Assembly (NCBI GenBank): GCA_022822855.1
Contig: JAJDYG010000040.1
Span: 88,556 to 152,555, forward strand
DNA length: 64,000 nt
Origin: Dehalococcoidia bacterium
GTDB lineage: Bacteria > Chloroflexota > Dehalococcoidia > Bin125
Direction of reading: 5' to 3'
The notes under the pieces were generated by a model. It worked only from the letters and a program-made list of their open reading frames with translations. It was not told the DNA's origin and made no database searches. A program made the position numbers and the translations under genes. Numbering within the stretch: position 1 is the first letter of the stretch; every line of letters begins with the position of its first letter. Below, piece by piece: positions 27,209-35,962 of the stretch.

Positions 27209-27694
27209 ATGCCCCTCACCGCCGACGACCGCTCGGAAATCATTGTGCTCGCCGGACGCTACAGCCAATCCCTGGACCTCCGCGACCCCGAGGCCTGGCG
27301 CGCCGTCTGGACCGACGACGCCGTCATGGAAATGGAGTTGCAGGAACTCTGGATCACAGGCGATGCCCTCTGGAACCTGGCAGCCGGAGACAACGATAGC
27401 CCCGACGATCGCGTCTCCCGCCACCAGCCCTCGAACTTCGTCATCGACGGCGAGGGCGACGAAGCGACCATGTCGTCCTACTGCACCGTCGTCAGCGCGG
27501 GCAGCCGCGACGATCCCTTCGGCGAGCCCGCACGGATCACGTTCCAGGGACGCTACGTCGACCGGCTGCGTCGGGTCGACGGTGCCTGGAAACTCGCCCA
27601 CCGCAAGATCATCACCGACTGGATCGACTCGGACATCAACGCCCAGGTCACCGGCGAGAACGCGGCCAGCGCACAAAGCGAAGCCGCGTCCTAG
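27209..27694 (+). CDS. SnoaL-like / NTF2-like fold protein (SnoaL_4-type)
   Basis: AGGAAGGAG RBS before ATG 27209. ADDRSEIIVLAGRYSQSLDLRDPEAWRAVWTDDAV...QGRYVDRLRRVDGAWKLAHRKI is typical of NTF2-like proteins. Confidence 0.6.
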   Translation: MPLTADDRSEIIVLAGRYSQSLDLRDPEAWRAVWTDDAVMEMELQELWITGDALWNLAAGDNDSPDDRVSRHQPSNFVIDGEGDEATMSSYCTVVSAGSRDDPFGEPARITFQGRYVDRLRRVDGAWKLAHRKIITDWIDSDINAQVTGENAASAQSEAAS

Positions 27695-28503
27695 ATCTTC
27701 GCCGCCACGCCGCCGTCGATGTTGATCATCTCGCCGGTGATGAAGCGGGAATCGTCGCAGGACAGGAACAGCACCAGGTTGGCCACGTCAATCGAGTAGC
27801 CCGGACCCTGCACGATCTGCGCGAAGTCGAACATCTTCTCAAAGACGTGGTGTCCGCCGTCGGGGTCGTTGTAGGTACCGCGAGTGGCGCCGGGCGTGAT
27901 GATCTGGCCCGGGCGGACGCAATTGACGCGGATGTTGTCCCGGCCTCCCGCACCCGCCATGTAGCGCGTTAGCGCGTCGACGCCGGCCTTCGCCGCGTAG
28001 TACGAGGCCGAGGCCGTGCCGAACTCGTCCTGCATCCGCGAGGAGAATCCGCGCTGAGCTGCGAGCGAGGACATGTTGACGATCGCCCCGCCGCCCTGAG
28101 CCTTGATGTGAGGCCACACGGCCTGGCTGACGTAGAACGTGCCCGTCAGATTGACGTTGACCACCCGCAGCCAGTCTTCATTGGGCTCATTGGGGAACTG
28201 GCCAGGTCCGCCCCCTCCGGCGTTGTTGAACAGCAGATCGATCTGACCGTAAGCCTGGGCCGCCTGCTCGACCGCCGCGACGACAGAGTCGTTGTCGCCC
28301 ACGTCGCAAGGGATGAACGTCGCCTCGCCGCCCGATTCGTTGATCTCGGCGACGATCGCCTCGCCCTCGGGCACCCGGCGCGCCATCAGGATGACCTTCG
28401 CGCCTTCAGCGGCGAACAACCGCCCGGTCTCGGCCCCAATCCCGCTGTTTCCGCCGGTGATGATTGCGACCTTGCCATCGAGCTTGCCCACGCGATCCTC
28501 CAA
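27691..28503 (-). CDS. Short-chain dehydrogenase/reductase (SDR) family oxidoreductase
   Basis: KVAIITGGNSGIGAE, NNAG, and a catalytic S...YxxxK (SASYYAAKAG). Confidence 0.85.
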   Translation of the reverse strand: MEDRVGKLDGKVAIITGGNSGIGAETGRLFAAEGAKVILMARRVPEGEAIVAEINESGGEATFIPCDVGDNDSVVAAVEQAAQAYGQIDLLFNNAGGGGPGQFPNEPNEDWLRVVNVNLTGTFYVSQAVWPHIKAQGGGAIVNMSSLAAQRGFSSRMQDEFGTASASYYAAKAGVDALTRYMAGAGGRDNIRVNCVRPGQIITPGATRGTYNDPDGGHHVFEKMFDFAQIVQGPGYSIDVANLVLFLSCDDSRFITGEMINIDGGVAAKI

Positions 28504-28565
28504 CCTTCAAGGCGCCCGACGATACCCCGGTCGGCGCGATGAGTTGATGCTAACGAGGGACCCGC

Positions 28566-28991
28566 TCAGTCCGTTTGTGGGGGCTGCCAGAGAATCTGCC
28601 AGGCGATGCCGAACTGGTCGATGCACGAACCAAAGTAGTCGCCCCAGAACATGTCAGCCATCGGCATGTCCACCTGGCCGCCGGACGAGAGCGACGCGAA
28701 CTTCTCGTCGGCGTCTGTGCGGCTGGCGGCGGCGAAGCTGATTGAGAAGTTGGTCCCGACCACGGGTCCTGAGCCGAACGCAGGGTTGGAATCGCTGCCC
28801 ATCAGGACGCTCTCGCCGACCGGCAGCGAGACGTGCATGATGAAGTTCTTGGCCTCCTCCGGCACTCCCATGTCGGGCGGACCGTCGCCAAACGTCTGCA
28901 GCTCCGAAAACTCCCCACCAAAGACCGACCGGTAGAACTCAAACGCCTCGCGGCAGTTGTTCTCAAAGGTCAGGTAAGTATTCAGCGTCAT
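28566..28991 (-). CDS. VOC-family protein (PhnB-like glyoxalase fold)
   Basis: The true start is the internal ATG (MTLNTYLTFENNCREAFEFYRSVFGG...), 141 aa. The upstream 172-aa G/R-rich extension in the ORF track translates the GC-rich repeat region and is rejected. Confidence 0.7.
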   Translation of the reverse strand: MTLNTYLTFENNCREAFEFYRSVFGGEFSELQTFGDGPPDMGVPEEAKNFIMHVSLPVGESVLMGSDSNPAFGSGPVVGTNFSISFAAASRTDADEKFASLSSGGQVDMPMADMFWGDYFGSCIDQFGIAWQILWQPPQTD

Positions 28992-29156
28992 CGCAGTCTC
29001 CTCATTCCGTTCCGGCGAACCACTCCAATCTAACGCCGCTTCGCCCCAAAATCGCCGTCTCCGCCAGAAGAAACCGGTGCAAAACACCACCCAGGGCGAT
29101 CCGGACGAGACCCCACTCTCCTCTGTCACCCCGCGCCAAACCCCAGTCCCCACTCC

Positions 29157-29204
29157 CAGTCCCCGATTTGTTCGGGGACCCGCTCCTTCCCCTACCGATG
29201 CCCC
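29157..29204. repeat. Hairpin repeat element A, copy 1 (GTCCCCGA-TTTG-TTCGGGGAC stem-loop plus a conserved 3' tail)
   Basis: cagtccccgatttgttcggggacccgctccttcccctaccgatgcccc; about 92% identical to copy 2. Confidence 0.6.
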
Positions 29205-29309
29205 GTGCTTGCCTGTCCCCGGCCTGACCGGGGGACGCGGGGCCCAGACCACCCACCTCCGCCACGGCAACACCCTTCCTCTCCGCAACAACCTCCCTCT
29301 CCCCTGTCC

Positions 29310-29357
29310 CAGTCCCCGATTGATTCGGGGACCCGCTCCTTCCCCCTCCGATGCGCC
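29310..29357. repeat. Hairpin repeat element A, copy 2
   Basis: cagtccccgattgattcggggacccgctccttccccctccgatgcgcc, lying 153 bp downstream of copy 1 in the same orientation. Confidence 0.6.
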
Positions 29358-29394
29358 TCGCCCCTCTATGTAGGCGGAGATGCCACCCTTCCCA

Positions 29395-29460
29395 TTTTCT
29401 CCCCCCTCTGGGGGGAGATGCCGAAGCCTGCCCCGGGCTCGACCCGGGGGCAGAGGGGGG
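29395..29460. repeat. Palindromic repeat element B, copy 1 (two GC hairpins: TCTCCCCCC-N-GGGGGGAGA, then ATGCCGAAG, then CTGCCCCGGG-N5-CCCGGGGGCAG)
   Basis: ttttctcccccctctggggggagatgccgaagcctgccccgggctcgacccgggggcagagggggg. Confidence 0.6.
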
Positions 29461-29578
29461 CAACGCAAGCCACACAACATTGCTGATCCCTCAACTCCAC
29501 CCCGCAATCCACCCTCTCACTCCCCAAAACCTCGATACCATCAGAACATACGTCCATTCCAAGACAAGGAGCCCCCCC

Positions 29579-29923
29579 ATGCCCAACCCCTACCACTACC
29601 GAGCCAAGATCGACCGCCTCTGGCGACGCTCCGGCGACGACAACCCCGGCTACATCCGACTCAAGGCTCTCAACGCCATCGTCCGGGAACTGTTCGCCCC
29701 CAACGAGCGAGCCCGCCTGAACCACGACATGTACCTCGCCACCGATCCCTACGACGTCGCCCGACACCAGCTCCGAGACCTCTACGACCGCGCCTCTCTA
29801 CTCCCCTCTCTCCCCGCGGAGCGGGGGGAGATGCCGAAGCCTGCCCCGGGCTCCGACCCGGGGGCAGAGGGGGATTCGCCAGAAGGTGAGGAGTCACCTG
29901 AGGAAGATGACGACCCCTTGTAA
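29579..29923 (+). CDS. Small hypothetical protein (114 aa) whose C-terminal 35 aa are encoded by repeat element B copy 2
   Basis: Strong RBS AAGGAG 10 nt before ATG 29579. MPNPYHYRAKIDRLWRRSGDDNPGYIRLKALNAIVRELF..., then ...LPAERGEMPKPAPGSDPGAEGDSPEGEE translated from the repeat. Confidence 0.3.
   Translation: MPNPYHYRAKIDRLWRRSGDDNPGYIRLKALNAIVRELFAPNERARLNHDMYLATDPYDVARHQLRDLYDRASLLPSLPAERGEMPKPAPGSDPGAEGDSPEGEESPEEDDDPL
29806..29873. repeat. Palindromic repeat element B, copy 2 (inside the 3' end of the small ORF)
   Basis: ctctccccgcggagcggggggagatgccgaagcctgccccgggctccgacccgggggcagaggggg; near-identical to copy 1 from GGGGGGAGATGCC onward. Confidence 0.6.
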
Positions 29924-30046
29924 TCCGCCCCTGGCAACCCGCCGTGCTCTCTTTTTTCTCGCGTTTTCTTTTTTTTCCTGGGGGCCAACCGACCCCAGGC
30001 TTCCGTGCGCCCGCGCCTGTCCTAAACTTGACAGACTGGCGACGAC

Positions 30047-31177
30047 TTGGAAATTCCCATGCCCGACTCCCGCATCCGCTTCGGTTGGTACATCCCCACT
30101 CACGGCGATCTGACCAACTTCGCCGACCCCGATCAGTTCATCCCCGCTTCGATGGAGATGTTCGAGCGCGTCGCCCTGGCCGCCGAATCGGCCGGCTTCG
30201 AGTACGCCCTGGTCCCCGTCACCCCCACCTGCTGGGAGGCCTGGATCTCCACCGCGATGATGTCGGCCAGGACGACCAAGCTCAAGATGCTGGTCGCCGC
30301 CCGCCCGGGCTACATCTTGCCCACCCAGATGGCCCGCATGATCGGCGCCTTCGATCAGCTCTCCCAGGGCCGCGTCTACATCAACCTGATCGCCGGAGGC
30401 AATCCTCGAGAGCTGGCCGGCGACGGCATCACCTACAGCCATGACGAGCGCTACGAGGTGATGGACGAGTCGGTCGAGATCATGAAAGCGCTCTGGTCCT
30501 CCCATGATCGAATCGACTGGGAGGGCAAGCACTACCAGCTCAGCGGAGCGCACGCTTACCCCAAGCCTTATCAGGAACCCTGGCCCCGCTTCTACATCGG
30601 CGGAGAGTCCGACGCCGCCCGCGATGTCGGCGCCAAACACGCCGATTGCTACTTCTTCTGGGGCGACACGCCCGAGGCGACCGCCGCCAAGGTCGTTGAC
30701 GTCAAGCGTCGCGCGGAAGGCTTCGGCAGGCCCAACATCACCTTCGGCATGCGGCTGCAGGTCTGCGTCCGCGAGACAGAGGACGAAGCCTGGGACGCCG
30801 CCCACAGCCTGATCGAAGGCACCACCGACCGCCAGCGCGAGCTGCGCAAGAACTGGCGCGGCGAGTCGGAGGCCGACAGCCGCATGTGGCAACTCGCGGA
30901 CCAGTCCAGGGACAGCGACTACCGGATCGCGCCGCACCTCTGGAGCGGTCTGAGCACGGTGCGCGGCGGCGCAGGTCTCGCCGTCGTCGGCAATCCGCAG
31001 CAGGTCGCCGACACGCTGCAGGAGTTCGTCGAGATCGGCTGCACCGAGTTCTGCCTGTCCGGGTACCCGCACGACGATGAAGCGATACGCTTCGGCGACT
31101 GGGTTATGCCGATCGTCCACGAACGCAATAGGGTGAATCTGACGAGCGACGAGCCGTCCCTGGCCGTCGTCGATTGA
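30047..31177 (+). CDS. LLM-class (luciferase-like) flavin-dependent monooxygenase/oxidoreductase
   Basis: RFGWYIPTHGD, YEVMDESVEIMKALW and the TIM-barrel LLM pattern. The antisense ORF 29894..31120 is rejected. Confidence 0.8.
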   Translation: MEIPMPDSRIRFGWYIPTHGDLTNFADPDQFIPASMEMFERVALAAESAGFEYALVPVTPTCWEAWISTAMMSARTTKLKMLVAARPGYILPTQMARMIGAFDQLSQGRVYINLIAGGNPRELAGDGITYSHDERYEVMDESVEIMKALWSSHDRIDWEGKHYQLSGAHAYPKPYQEPWPRFYIGGESDAARDVGAKHADCYFFWGDTPEATAAKVVDVKRRAEGFGRPNITFGMRLQVCVRETEDEAWDAAHSLIEGTTDRQRELRKNWRGESEADSRMWQLADQSRDSDYRIAPHLWSGLSTVRGGAGLAVVGNPQQVADTLQEFVEIGCTEFCLSGYPHDDEAIRFGDWVMPIVHERNRVNLTSDEPSLAVVD

Positions 31178-31207
31178 GGCAGTTGAGGAGACTGAAGGAG
31201 ACTGAAC

Positions 31208-31684
31208 ATGTCACGAGTGCAACTCGCATTGAACGTGGCCGAGCTTGACTCGGCGATCGACTTCTACACCCAGATGTTCAAGACCGAGCCGCACAAGGTG
31301 CGCCCCGGCTACGCGAACTTCGAGGTCGAGGATCCGCCGCTCAAGCTGGTCCTGATCGAGAATGCGTCGGCGGCCGCGCCGCTGAACCATCTCGGCGTCG
31401 AGGTCGAGACCTCGACCGAGGTTCACACCGAGACCCAGCGCTTCGGCGACCTCGGGCTCGACATGGAGATCGAGGACGGTGTCGTCTGCTGCCACGCCGA
31501 GCAGGACAAGGTCTGGGTCTCCGACCCCTCCGGCACGCGCTGGGAGGTCTACACGATCACCGACGATCTGCCCGAAGCATCCTACGCATCCCGCGCCGCC
31601 AACCTGATCCCACTCACCGAGGTCACCGCCGGCGCGTCGTCGATTGAAGACTGCTGCGCCGACGGCGGTCTATGCGTCGGTTAG
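31208..31684 (+). CDS. ArsI/CadI-family VOC protein (vicinal Cys-Cys; cadmium-induced / C-As lyase-like)
   Basis: 158 aa; the VOC fold with the CC pair in DGVVCCHAEQDKVWVSDPSGTRWEVY and a C-terminal Cys-rich tail (CCADGGLC). Confidence 0.6.
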   Translation: MSRVQLALNVAELDSAIDFYTQMFKTEPHKVRPGYANFEVEDPPLKLVLIENASAAAPLNHLGVEVETSTEVHTETQRFGDLGLDMEIEDGVVCCHAEQDKVWVSDPSGTRWEVYTITDDLPEASYASRAANLIPLTEVTAGASSIEDCCADGGLCVG

Positions 31685-33933
31685 CCGCGCGTGGTCTGAT
31701 CGCTGGAGCGCTGCTCTCGGCGCTGGTCGCACTGGCCGCCTGCGGCGAAGGCGAACCGTCACAGGAATCTCAGGCGGATTCAGTTCAATCAACTCAGGCT
31801 GCCGACCAGTCGGCAACGGGCGGATCACAACCCTCCCGACAGTCATCGAGCGCCGCAGGCACGATCGGGGTCGTCCGCTCGGGCGCGCAGACTCAGGCCC
31901 AGGAGACCGCTCAGCCGGCCGTCTCCGCTGCGCAGGCTGAACCGCCCTCGGCGGAGCGCGGCTTCGTCCTGCAACTCCTGCATGCCTCCGACATGGACGG
32001 CGCAGTCGGCGCGCTCGACAACGTCGAGACGTTCTCCGCCTTGCTGGACGGGTTCCGTTCGCAACTGCCCCAGCGGACCCTCGTGCTCAGCTCCGGCGAC
32101 AACTTCATCCCTGGCCCTCGCTTCTACGCCGCCGCCGATGTCGCCGCTCTCGCTGCGCTCGGCCTGCCGGGCATCGGGCGAGGCGATGTCGCTCTGCTCA
32201 ACGCAATGGGGTTCCAGGCCTCGGCCCTGGGCAATCACGAATTCGACCTCGGACCGCGAGCGCTCGCTTCGATCATCGCACCCGAGCAGACCGAGGATGG
32301 CGCGTATCCCGGAGCCGCGTTCCCCTATCTGTCGGCCAATCTCGGTCTGGCCGACGACCCGGAGCTGGCGCCCCTGGTGACCGCCGATACGCTGCGCGCG
32401 CCGCTGGCCGCGGGCAGCCTGGCGCGCAGTGTGATCCTCAACGTCGATGGCGAGCCGATTGGGATCGTCGGCGCGACCACGCCGCACCTGGGCTGGATCT
32501 CCAGCCCCGGCGATATCGCGATCGAGCCGGCCGACGGCTTCGACCTCGACGCCCTGGCGGCGATCATCCAGGCCGCCGTCGATGATCTGGCGGCCCAGGG
32601 GGTCGACAAGATCATCCTGCTCGCGCACATGCAACAGATCGAAATCGAGCTGCAACTCGCCGGCCGTCTGCGGCACGTCGACATCATCGTGGCGGGCGGA
32701 TCGAACACGATCCTCGCCGACGAAACGGATCGCTTGCGGCCCGCCGATCGCGCGATCGGCCGCTACCCGCTCCACATCTCATCTGTCTCCGGCGATCCCA
32801 TGTTGCTGGTCAATACCGACGCCGACTACCGCTACCTCGGCCGATTGGTGGTGCGATTCGACGCTCGCGGACTGATCGAGACGGAGAGCATCGATCCCGC
32901 CGTGAGCGGGGTCTACGCGACAGATGAAGAGGGCCGCGCGGCGGCGACGGCCGCTCCGATTGAAGAGGTCAGCCGGATCGTAGCGGCGCTTCAGTCTGTG
33001 ATTCGCGATCGAGATGGCCAGATTGTGGCCCGTTCCGGCGTCTACCTCGCCGGCCGCCGGGGCGACGTCCGCACCCAGGAGACCAATCTCGGCAATCTGG
33101 TCGCCGACGCCTTCCTCTGGACCGCGCGGCAAGTCGACCCCCGGGTCGCCGTGGCGCTCAAGAACTCCGGCGGCATCCGCGATCACATTGGCTACGTGAC
33201 GCAGCCGCCGGGCACCACCCGCCCCGATCAGGCGGTCTACGCGCCGCCTGCCGCTAATCCCGCCAGCGGTAAGCGCGACGGCGAGATCACCCGCTTCGAC
33301 ATCGAAAGCGTGTTGCGCTTCAACAATGGATTGGTGATCGTTCCGGTCACCGCCCGGCAACTCGCCAACCTCATGGAGCACGCAATCGGCTTCGACGGCG
33401 TCGGCGTTACCCCGGATGGTCGATTCCCGCAGGTCGCGGGAATGCGCTTCAGCTTCGATCCCGCCAGACCGCCGGGCGAACGGATTCAGTCGCTCGCCGT
33501 CGTCGGCGACAGTGGCGAGGTCCGCGACCCCATCGTGGAGCACGGCGAGCTGATCGGCGATCCGAATCGGATGATTCGCATGGCGGTGCTCAACTTCACA
33601 GCCAACGGCGGCGACGGCTATCCCTTCCCCCAGCCAGCGTTCGGACGCATCGACCTGACCGGTGAGGCTGGACAGTACAACCCGCCGTCAGCAGAATTCC
33701 CGGACACCAACGGCAATGGCCTCATCGACGATCCCGTCGCGCTAGATCGTGGACTGTTCGACTTCGCGGCGCCGGGAACGGAGCAGGACGCGCTCGCCGA
33801 GTATCTGGCTCACTTCTTCAGCGAGACGCCGATTGGGCTGGCGGAAACGCCGCCGCCCGAGGATCGTCGGATTCAGAATCTGGCCGTCGAAGGAGCACGC
33901 GATTCGGTCTACGAGTCCGCCGCAGCACGCTGA
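31672..33933 (+). CDS. Lipoprotein 5'-nucleotidase / 2',3'-cyclic-nucleotide phosphodiesterase family (UshA-like calcineurin-fold metallophosphatase plus C-terminal 5'-NT domain)
   Basis: Lipobox LVALAAC; LHASDMDG, GDNF, GNHEFD metallophosphatase motifs; C-terminal substrate-binding domain. Overlaps the upstream gene by 13 nt. Confidence 0.8.
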   Translation: MRRLAARGLIAGALLSALVALAACGEGEPSQESQADSVQSTQAADQSATGGSQPSRQSSSAAGTIGVVRSGAQTQAQETAQPAVSAAQAEPPSAERGFVLQLLHASDMDGAVGALDNVETFSALLDGFRSQLPQRTLVLSSGDNFIPGPRFYAAADVAALAALGLPGIGRGDVALLNAMGFQASALGNHEFDLGPRALASIIAPEQTEDGAYPGAAFPYLSANLGLADDPELAPLVTADTLRAPLAAGSLARSVILNVDGEPIGIVGATTPHLGWISSPGDIAIEPADGFDLDALAAIIQAAVDDLAAQGVDKIILLAHMQQIEIELQLAGRLRHVDIIVAGGSNTILADETDRLRPADRAIGRYPLHISSVSGDPMLLVNTDADYRYLGRLVVRFDARGLIETESIDPAVSGVYATDEEGRAAATAAPIEEVSRIVAALQSVIRDRDGQIVARSGVYLAGRRGDVRTQETNLGNLVADAFLWTARQVDPRVAVALKNSGGIRDHIGYVTQPPGTTRPDQAVYAPPAANPASGKRDGEITRFDIESVLRFNNGLVIVPVTARQLANLMEHAIGFDGVGVTPDGRFPQVAGMRFSFDPARPPGERIQSLAVVGDSGEVRDPIVEHGELIGDPNRMIRMAVLNFTANGGDGYPFPQPAFGRIDLTGEAGQYNPPSAEFPDTNGNGLIDDPVALDRGLFDFAAPGTEQDALAEYLAHFFSETPIGLAETPPPEDRRIQNLAVEGARDSVYESAAAR

Positions 33934-33940
33934 CCTGGAT

Positions 33941-34630
33941 CTAGCCCGCCAGCTCGGCGGCCCGTCGGAAGATCCTGGCCAGCATCTCCTCAGTCAGTAA
34001 CCCCGTGAACGTGTTGCGTTGACTGGGGTGGTAAGAGCAAACCAGAGTCAGCCCGTCGACCGTATGCTCAAGGCCATGGGCGAACTTCGGCCGCGGTCGA
34101 ACCCCAAGTTCCCGAGCGCAGTTCTCCCAGGCGAATGAGCCCAGGCAGACGATCACTCGCAGCTTCGTCAGCAGCTCAAGTTCGCGGCGAAAGTACGGCA
34201 GGCAGCGGTTCCGCTCGTCAACAGTCGGTTTGTTGGCCGGCGGAGCGCAGCGAACAACCGACGTGATCCTCGCTCCCCGGAGTTCGAGCGAATCGTCGGC
34301 CGACCTGGATTCCGCCTGGTTGGCGAGTCCAGCCTGCCAGATCGCCCGGTACAGCCAGTCGCCGGAGCGATCGCCGGTAAACATCCGGCCAGTCCGGTTC
34401 GCCCCGTGCGCCGCCGGCGCCAGGCCGACGACCAGGATCCTCGCGTCGGCTGGACCGAACGAAGGAACCGGCTTGCCCCAGTAGTCCTCGTCGCGGAAGG
34501 CGGCCCGTTTCTCCGAAGCGGTCTGCTCCCGCCAATCGACGAGCCGAGGGCAGAGCCGGCACGCAGTGACGGCCTCGTTAAGCTCCGCGACGCCGAATTT
34601 ACTGACTTCCGGATCGTGCTCATCGATCAT
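33941..34630 (-). CDS. Uracil-DNA glycosylase superfamily protein (family 4/5, UdgB-like)
   Basis: Start placed at the internal ATG (34630), MIDEHDPEVS..., 229 aa. ILVVGLAPAAHGANRTGRMFTGDRSGDWL is the UDG motif A/B region. The upstream 220-codon extension is rejected. Confidence 0.7.
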   Translation of the reverse strand: MIDEHDPEVSKFGVAELNEAVTACRLCPRLVDWREQTASEKRAAFRDEDYWGKPVPSFGPADARILVVGLAPAAHGANRTGRMFTGDRSGDWLYRAIWQAGLANQAESRSADDSLELRGARITSVVRCAPPANKPTVDERNRCLPYFRRELELLTKLRVIVCLGSFAWENCARELGVRPRPKFAHGLEHTVDGLTLVCSYHPSQRNTFTGLLTEEMLARIFRRAAELAG

Positions 34631-34709
34631 TCGCCCATAGTGGGGCCAAGGCGGCGCGAAGTCCAGGCAAGTCCCGGTAAGTTCCGGCAAGACCAAGCAA
34701 GGCACGACG

Positions 34710-35390
34710 ATGCAGATCCGATCCCAACCGGCAGGAGCGTGGTCCCGAACCCTGGGCCGGGGAACGCGGATGCCCTCGGCCCGCGCACTGGCGGCCATCG
34801 AAGCGCCGTTCGACTGGCGGCGCGCCCTCTCGCTGCACCGCCGGCTGCTGGCCGGGGAACTGGGTGTGATCGGCGAAGTCGCCGGGAACGAGTCGGATAC
34901 CCGGCCGGCCCTGGCCGTGCTGCTCCTCGGCGTGCTCGCCGCAAGCCTGGGCGCCTGGCTCTGGATCGTGATCGACACCCAGGGCGCCGGCCTCGGCGCT
35001 CCGGCACTCAAGGTGCTGCTCCTCGGTTCGCTCGCCTCGCTTGGCGCCTGGGCCCTCTGGGTCGGGTTGACCTGGCACGCGCTGAGATCGATCTTCCAGG
35101 TCAATGTCGAACTGCAAGACCTCACGCGCGCGATGGCCCTCGTCGGAGGATTCGCCGTCTGGCAGTTCTTCATGCTCGCCGGACCGGCCAGCTTCGCGAT
35201 CGGACTGATCACCACCATCGCCGCGGTCCTGCTCACCGTCCTCGCCGTCCGCGCGGCCGCGCCCGAGGCGGACGACCGCGCCGCGATCATCAGCGCCGGA
35301 GCGGGCTTTGGCCTCTACGCGCTGGTGCTCTCAATCGTCGCCGACCTGACCGGCGTCAGCTCCGGCCTCTTCGTCCACGCCATCGGCTAG
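34710..35390 (+). CDS. Hypothetical polytopic membrane protein
   Basis: 226 aa, GC3-rich, with 5-6 hydrophobic segments (LAVLLLGVLAASLGAWLWIVI, LLLGSLASLGAWALWVGL, LITTIAAVLLTVLAV...). Confidence 0.45.
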   Translation: MQIRSQPAGAWSRTLGRGTRMPSARALAAIEAPFDWRRALSLHRRLLAGELGVIGEVAGNESDTRPALAVLLLGVLAASLGAWLWIVIDTQGAGLGAPALKVLLLGSLASLGAWALWVGLTWHALRSIFQVNVELQDLTRAMALVGGFAVWQFFMLAGPASFAIGLITTIAAVLLTVLAVRAAAPEADDRAAIISAGAGFGLYALVLSIVADLTGVSSGLFVHAIG

Positions 35391-35962
35391 GTGATCATCA
35401 ACTCGACGCCGGCCTTGCACAGTTCGCACTCGTCCGGGTCGAAGCTCGCCACATCGATCGCCAGGCAGGCGAACGTCTCGAGCTCGCCAAAGCCGGTCGC
35501 GCCGTTGGTTCGGTCCACGACCAGTCCGACGCCCACCGGCTTTCCTCCGGCGGCGACCACCGCATCCAGCGTGTCACGGACGGAGCCGCCGGTGGTCAGC
35601 ACGTCGTCCACGATCAACACCGTCTGACCGGACTCGATCTTGAACCCGCGTCCCAGGTAGCGGCCGCCGCTCTCGCTACGCTCGGCGAAGTACGCATTGA
35701 CCGACCGCCCCAGGTGCTTGGCCGTCTCATGCGCCAACAGGATTCCGCCGGTCGTCGGGCCGACAACCAAGTCAGGATTCAGGTCCACGAAATGTTCGGC
35801 AAGTTGTCGGCACAGGGCCTCGGTCACGTGTGGCTTCTCGAGCAGGCGGAACTTCTCGATGTACGTGTCTCCGTGCCGTCCCGATGCGTACTGGAAATGT
35901 CCCGTGAGCACGGCTCCGGCATCTTCAAGCAGGGTCATGGCATCAGCGGCGGTGTCGCTCAT
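35387..35962 (-). CDS. pyrE: Orotate phosphoribosyltransferase
   Basis: 191 aa; VLIVDDVLTTGGS is the PRPP-binding motif, and the N-terminal HFQYASGRHGDTYI is OPRTase-like. Confidence 0.85.
   Translation of the reverse strand: MSDTAADAMTLLEDAGAVLTGHFQYASGRHGDTYIEKFRLLEKPHVTEALCRQLAEHFVDLNPDLVVGPTTGGILLAHETAKHLGRSVNAYFAERSESGGRYLGRGFKIESGQTVLIVDDVLTTGGSVRDTLDAVVAAGGKPVGVGLVVDRTNGATGFGELETFACLAIDVASFDPDECELCKAGVELMIT

Noticed and set aside
29100-29470. Possible CRISPR array, suggested by the repeated GC hairpins
   Set aside because: Only two or three copies of each unit, irregular spacing, two different unit types and no cas genes. Better explained as REP/MITE-like palindromic elements.
28992-29507. 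172-codon N-terminal extension of the VOC gene (MRGGVEGSAML...GRGRLLRRGRV...)
   Set aside because: It is a translation of the GC-rich palindromic repeat region. The internal ATG gives a complete VOC-domain protein of typical length.
29894-31120. 408-aa minus-strand ORF
   Set aside because: Antisense to the LLM-class monooxygenase gene, which has clear family motifs.
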